Origin: Terriglobia bacterium
GTDB lineage: Bacteria > Acidobacteriota > Terriglobia > 20CM-2-55-15
Direction: 5' to 3'
NCBI GenBank assembly: GCA_965198225.1
Contig: CBDAOY010000004.1
Coordinates: forward strand, 256,001-320,000
Length of the DNA stretch: 64,000 nucleotides
This document shows, one piece after another, positions 61,422 to 64,000 of the stretch. The position numbers were made by a program, and so were the translations under genes. A model generated the notes under the pieces. The model saw nothing but the letters and a program-made list of their open reading frames with translations, was not told where the DNA came from and ran no database searches. The first letter of the stretch is position 1; every line of letters starts with the position of its first letter.

Positions 61422-61802
61422 ATGTCAGTAAGCGAGGGCGAACGGCAGTTGGTCGATGACATGTTCCGCGTCATGCAGTCCGGGGCGGATGGCGTGGACG
61501 AAATGGTGGCGCTTTTCAACGACGATGCGGTGTTCGTCGAGCCTTTCAGCGGCACGCCGCGAACACACCGCGGCAAGGACGAGATACGTGAGGCTTACCT
61601 GGACATGGAGAGGGATCCTGTGCCGGACTTGAAACTGGTCTTGGATCGGCTCGACATGGACGGCGAGCAGTTGCGTGCCGAATGGACCTGCACGGCGCCG
61701 GTGTTTCCCGCACCGATGAAAGGCTATGATCTGTTCACGATCCGCGACGGCAAGATCGCGTGCCTGGAGGTAGTGGTCACCGATGCGCCGCCGATGGGTT
61801 GA
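61422..61802 (+). CDS. SnoaL / NTF2-like protein
   Basis: GAGGAG RBS; LFNDDAVFVEP, GKDEIR and G.D.FTIRDGKI. Confidence 0.85.
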   Translation: MSVSEGERQLVDDMFRVMQSGADGVDEMVALFNDDAVFVEPFSGTPRTHRGKDEIREAYLDMERDPVPDLKLVLDRLDMDGEQLRAEWTCTAPVFPAPMKGYDLFTIRDGKIACLEVVVTDAPPMG

Positions 61803-61830
61803 CCGCGATGCAGGTTGGGGAGGTGTTGTC

Positions 61831-62388
61831 ATGAGCGGTCCCAAGCATTGGTTCCTGGCGGTTGCCTCGAGTTTGGTGCTGGCTTCGCTCGCATCCGGTT
61901 TCGTGGCGGCGGCGCAGGAAACGTCCGAGGACCCATGGAGTGCATTCCGGTTCCTTGTCGGTACCTGGGACGGACAGGAGACCGGCGTCGCCGGCATCGG
62001 CAAAGGCGACAGAACATACGAGTTCATCATGGGCGGCAAGTATCTGCTGCACCGGAACACGTCCAAGTTCGAACCGCAGGAGCGAAACCCCGACGGGGAG
62101 GTTCACGAAGACTGGGCTGTCTTCAGCTACGATGAGAACCGTCAGCGTGTCGCTCTGCGAGAGTTCTACATCGAAGGATTCGTGATCGACTACGTCCTTG
62201 CCAGCTTCGATGAAGAATCGCGCCGCGCGGTTTTTGTCTCGGAGAGGATCGAGAACGGTACGCCGGGAATGACGGCCCGGTATTCCCTGACATTTACGAG
62301 TGAGGATTCGTTCGAAGAAATATTCGAGGTTGCCAGTTCGGGTCAGGACCTGCAGATCCTGATCGAGAACTCCTGGACCCGAAGGTAA
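61831..62388 (+). CDS. Secreted beta-barrel protein (nitrobindin/DUF1579-like)
   Basis: Signal peptide; FLVGTWDG calycin-like start. Confidence 0.65.
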   Translation: MSGPKHWFLAVASSLVLASLASGFVAAAQETSEDPWSAFRFLVGTWDGQETGVAGIGKGDRTYEFIMGGKYLLHRNTSKFEPQERNPDGEVHEDWAVFSYDENRQRVALREFYIEGFVIDYVLASFDEESRRAVFVSERIENGTPGMTARYSLTFTSEDSFEEIFEVASSGQDLQILIENSWTRR

Positions 62389-62426
62389 ACTTCCACGCTG
62401 TTTCAGACTCTTCTGCTTAGCCAACA

Positions 62427-62461
62427 CCCGGGGACAGGGCCAGGCCCCTGTCCCCCTCACA
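62427..62461. repeat. GGGGACAG...CTGTCCCC palindromic repeat
   Basis: Matches 5810-5844 with one mismatch. Confidence 0.8.
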
Positions 62462-62498
62462 GGGGCTCTCTCGCGGACCGTCCAGCGTGACGCACGAG

Positions 62499-62578
62499 GT
62501 GTAGGTGCGCTCTGTGAGCGCACGACGTAGCGGCCCGTCAAGTGTGTGGTCATAGACAGTCATAGACCGCACCTACAC
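62499..62578. repeat. GTAG-type REP doublet with internal gtcatagac duplication
   Basis: Inverted arms next to the BCCT stop codon. Confidence 0.85.
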
Positions 62579-64000
62579 TTAATCGGCGGGTGCTCGGGCG
62601 TCTTCGTTCCGGGCTCCAAACTGCTCCCGGGCCAACTCTGCTGCTACCTGTGGCGCGGACCACAGCAGGGGGAGCAACACCAGAGAGACCGGGACGGCGG
62701 TCACGACGATGAACGACTGCAATGCCGTGATTCCGCCGTCTCCCAGCCGCAACAGGATCGCGCCGACCGCACCCATCATGACGGCCCAGAAAACGCGGAC
62801 GGATGTCGCCGGAGTATCGTCGCCACTGACGGCCATGGCGATCGTGAACGACATCGAATCTCCCGTGGTTGCGAGGAAGACCACTATCAGGACCAGAAAC
62901 GCGGGGACGAGCAAGCCCGCCAACGGTAGTTGCTGGACGACCGCGAGCATCGTCGCCGGAAGTCCTCCGTCGTTAAGAGGGCCCGAGATGATGCCCGGGC
63001 GCTGGAGCTCGTAGTAAATCCCAGACCCGCCGAGGATGGTGAACCAGAAATTCGTCACGATGGGCGCGACGATCGCGATCGCCACCAGGATTTCCCGGAT
63101 AGTCCGGCCGCGCGAGATGCGTGCCACGAACATGGCGGTCAGGGGTCCGTAACCGAGGAACCATCCCCCGAAGAAAATACTCCAGGAACCCAGCCAGGTC
63201 GGATCCGTGCGGTTCGTGCTGATAGTGAAGAAGTTATTCAGGTAGAGGCCGAACGAGGTGAAGAAAGAATCGATGATGAATGCGCCGGGACCCGTAATCA
63301 GGATGATGACCAGCAGTGCCAGGGCCAGCAGGACGTTGAACCGGCTCAGGATCTGTATGCCCCGGTTGATACCGGTCACGGCGGACACCGTATAGATCGC
63401 AACGAGCCCTGCGACGATCGTCAACTGCGTCGCATAGACATCTGGAATTCCGATTAGGCGGTCCAGTGAATAACTCAGCTGGAGGCCCAGGAAACCGATC
63501 GGGCCTATAGTACCGGCCGCGACGGCGAGGATGCATGACGCATCGACTGTCGTGCCGAGCCAGCCACGCATCGCCCGCTGACCGAGAACGGGATAGAGCA
63601 AGGATCTGGGCTTCAACGGCAGGCCGCGGTGGTAGTGCACATACATCGCGACGACCGAACCCAGGGTTCCGATGATCGCCCAGGACAGAAAACCCCAGTG
63701 GTGGTGGCTCTGTGCCAGTGCCGGACCGACTGCCGCCGCGGTTGCCGCCTCGACTCCCCTGAAAGAGGGCGGAATGGAAGTGAAGTGGTACATCGGTTCG
63801 GCGAACGACCAGAAAACGCCGCCGGCCGCCAGGAGCGTGCACATGATGATCGCAATCCAGCGGAAGGTGCTCATCTCCGGTCGATCGATCCCACCGAGCC
63901 GGACACGCCCGCACCTGGAAAACGCCAGCCCCAGCGAGACGCCGAACGTCGCCAGGAGCAACACTTGCCAGAACGGTCCGAAGTACTTGACCGAGAACGC
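62579..64000 (-). CDS. BCCT family (betaine/choline/carnitine) transporter, 5' end outside the window
   Basis: FW..AEP, HWG, FVARISRGRTIRE and ALQS motifs; frame open to the window edge. Confidence 0.92.
   Translation of the reverse strand, partial: AFSVKYFGPFWQVLLLATFGVSLGLAFSRCGRVRLGGIDRPEMSTFRWIAIIMCTLLAAGGVFWSFAEPMYHFTSIPPSFRGVEAATAAAVGPALAQSHHHWGFLSWAIIGTLGSVVAMYVHYHRGLPLKPRSLLYPVLGQRAMRGWLGTTVDASCILAVAAGTIGPIGFLGLQLSYSLDRLIGIPDVYATQLTIVAGLVAIYTVSAVTGINRGIQILSRFNVLLALALLVIILITGPGAFIIDSFFTSFGLYLNNFFTISTNRTDPTWLGSWSIFFGGWFLGYGPLTAMFVARISRGRTIREILVAIAIVAPIVTNFWFTILGGSGIYYELQRPGIISGPLNDGGLPATMLAVVQQLPLAGLLVPAFLVLIVVFLATTGDSMSFTIAMAVSGDDTPATSVRVFWAVMMGAVGAILLRLGDGGITALQSFIVVTAVPVSLVLLPLLWSAPQVAAELAREQFGARNEDARAPAD

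Noticed and set aside
17460-62578. CRISPR array suggested by recurring ~25-bp palindromic repeats
   Set aside because: The repeats are dispersed inverted doublets, not direct repeats with regular unique spacers, and there are no cas genes

Overview
GC-rich bacterial chromosomal window, probably Acidobacteriota (inferred from an ADOP-type duplicated ABC permease, a carboxypeptidase-regulatory/TPR protein and Gly/Arg-rich secreted proteins). It holds about 50 mostly unlinked metabolic, transport and secreted-protein genes, including pyrE, glgB, a threonine dehydratase, an IlvD/Edd dehydratase, peptidases, amidohydrolases, and AGCS and BCCT transporters. Signals missed by the ORF track: (1) a ~0.5 kb non-coding segment (about 58130-58640) packed with hairpins and a nested multibranch fold with G-U wobbles, a candidate large structured ncRNA; (2) two hidden selenoprotein genes with an in-frame CxxU UGA and a downstream SECIS-like hairpin (a tandem AhpD/CMD protein at 37271-38086 and an Rdx/SelW protein at 45960-46223); (3) a VTC-domain/DUF4956/CotH-kinase operon; (4) an IS630 element with two 275-bp MITE copies sharing its ends; (5) five families of short intergenic repeats, including GTAG-type REP doublets; (6) several single-base frameshifts and half-gene junctions that may be sequencing or assembly artefacts. 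All calls come from reading the sequence; no searches were run.
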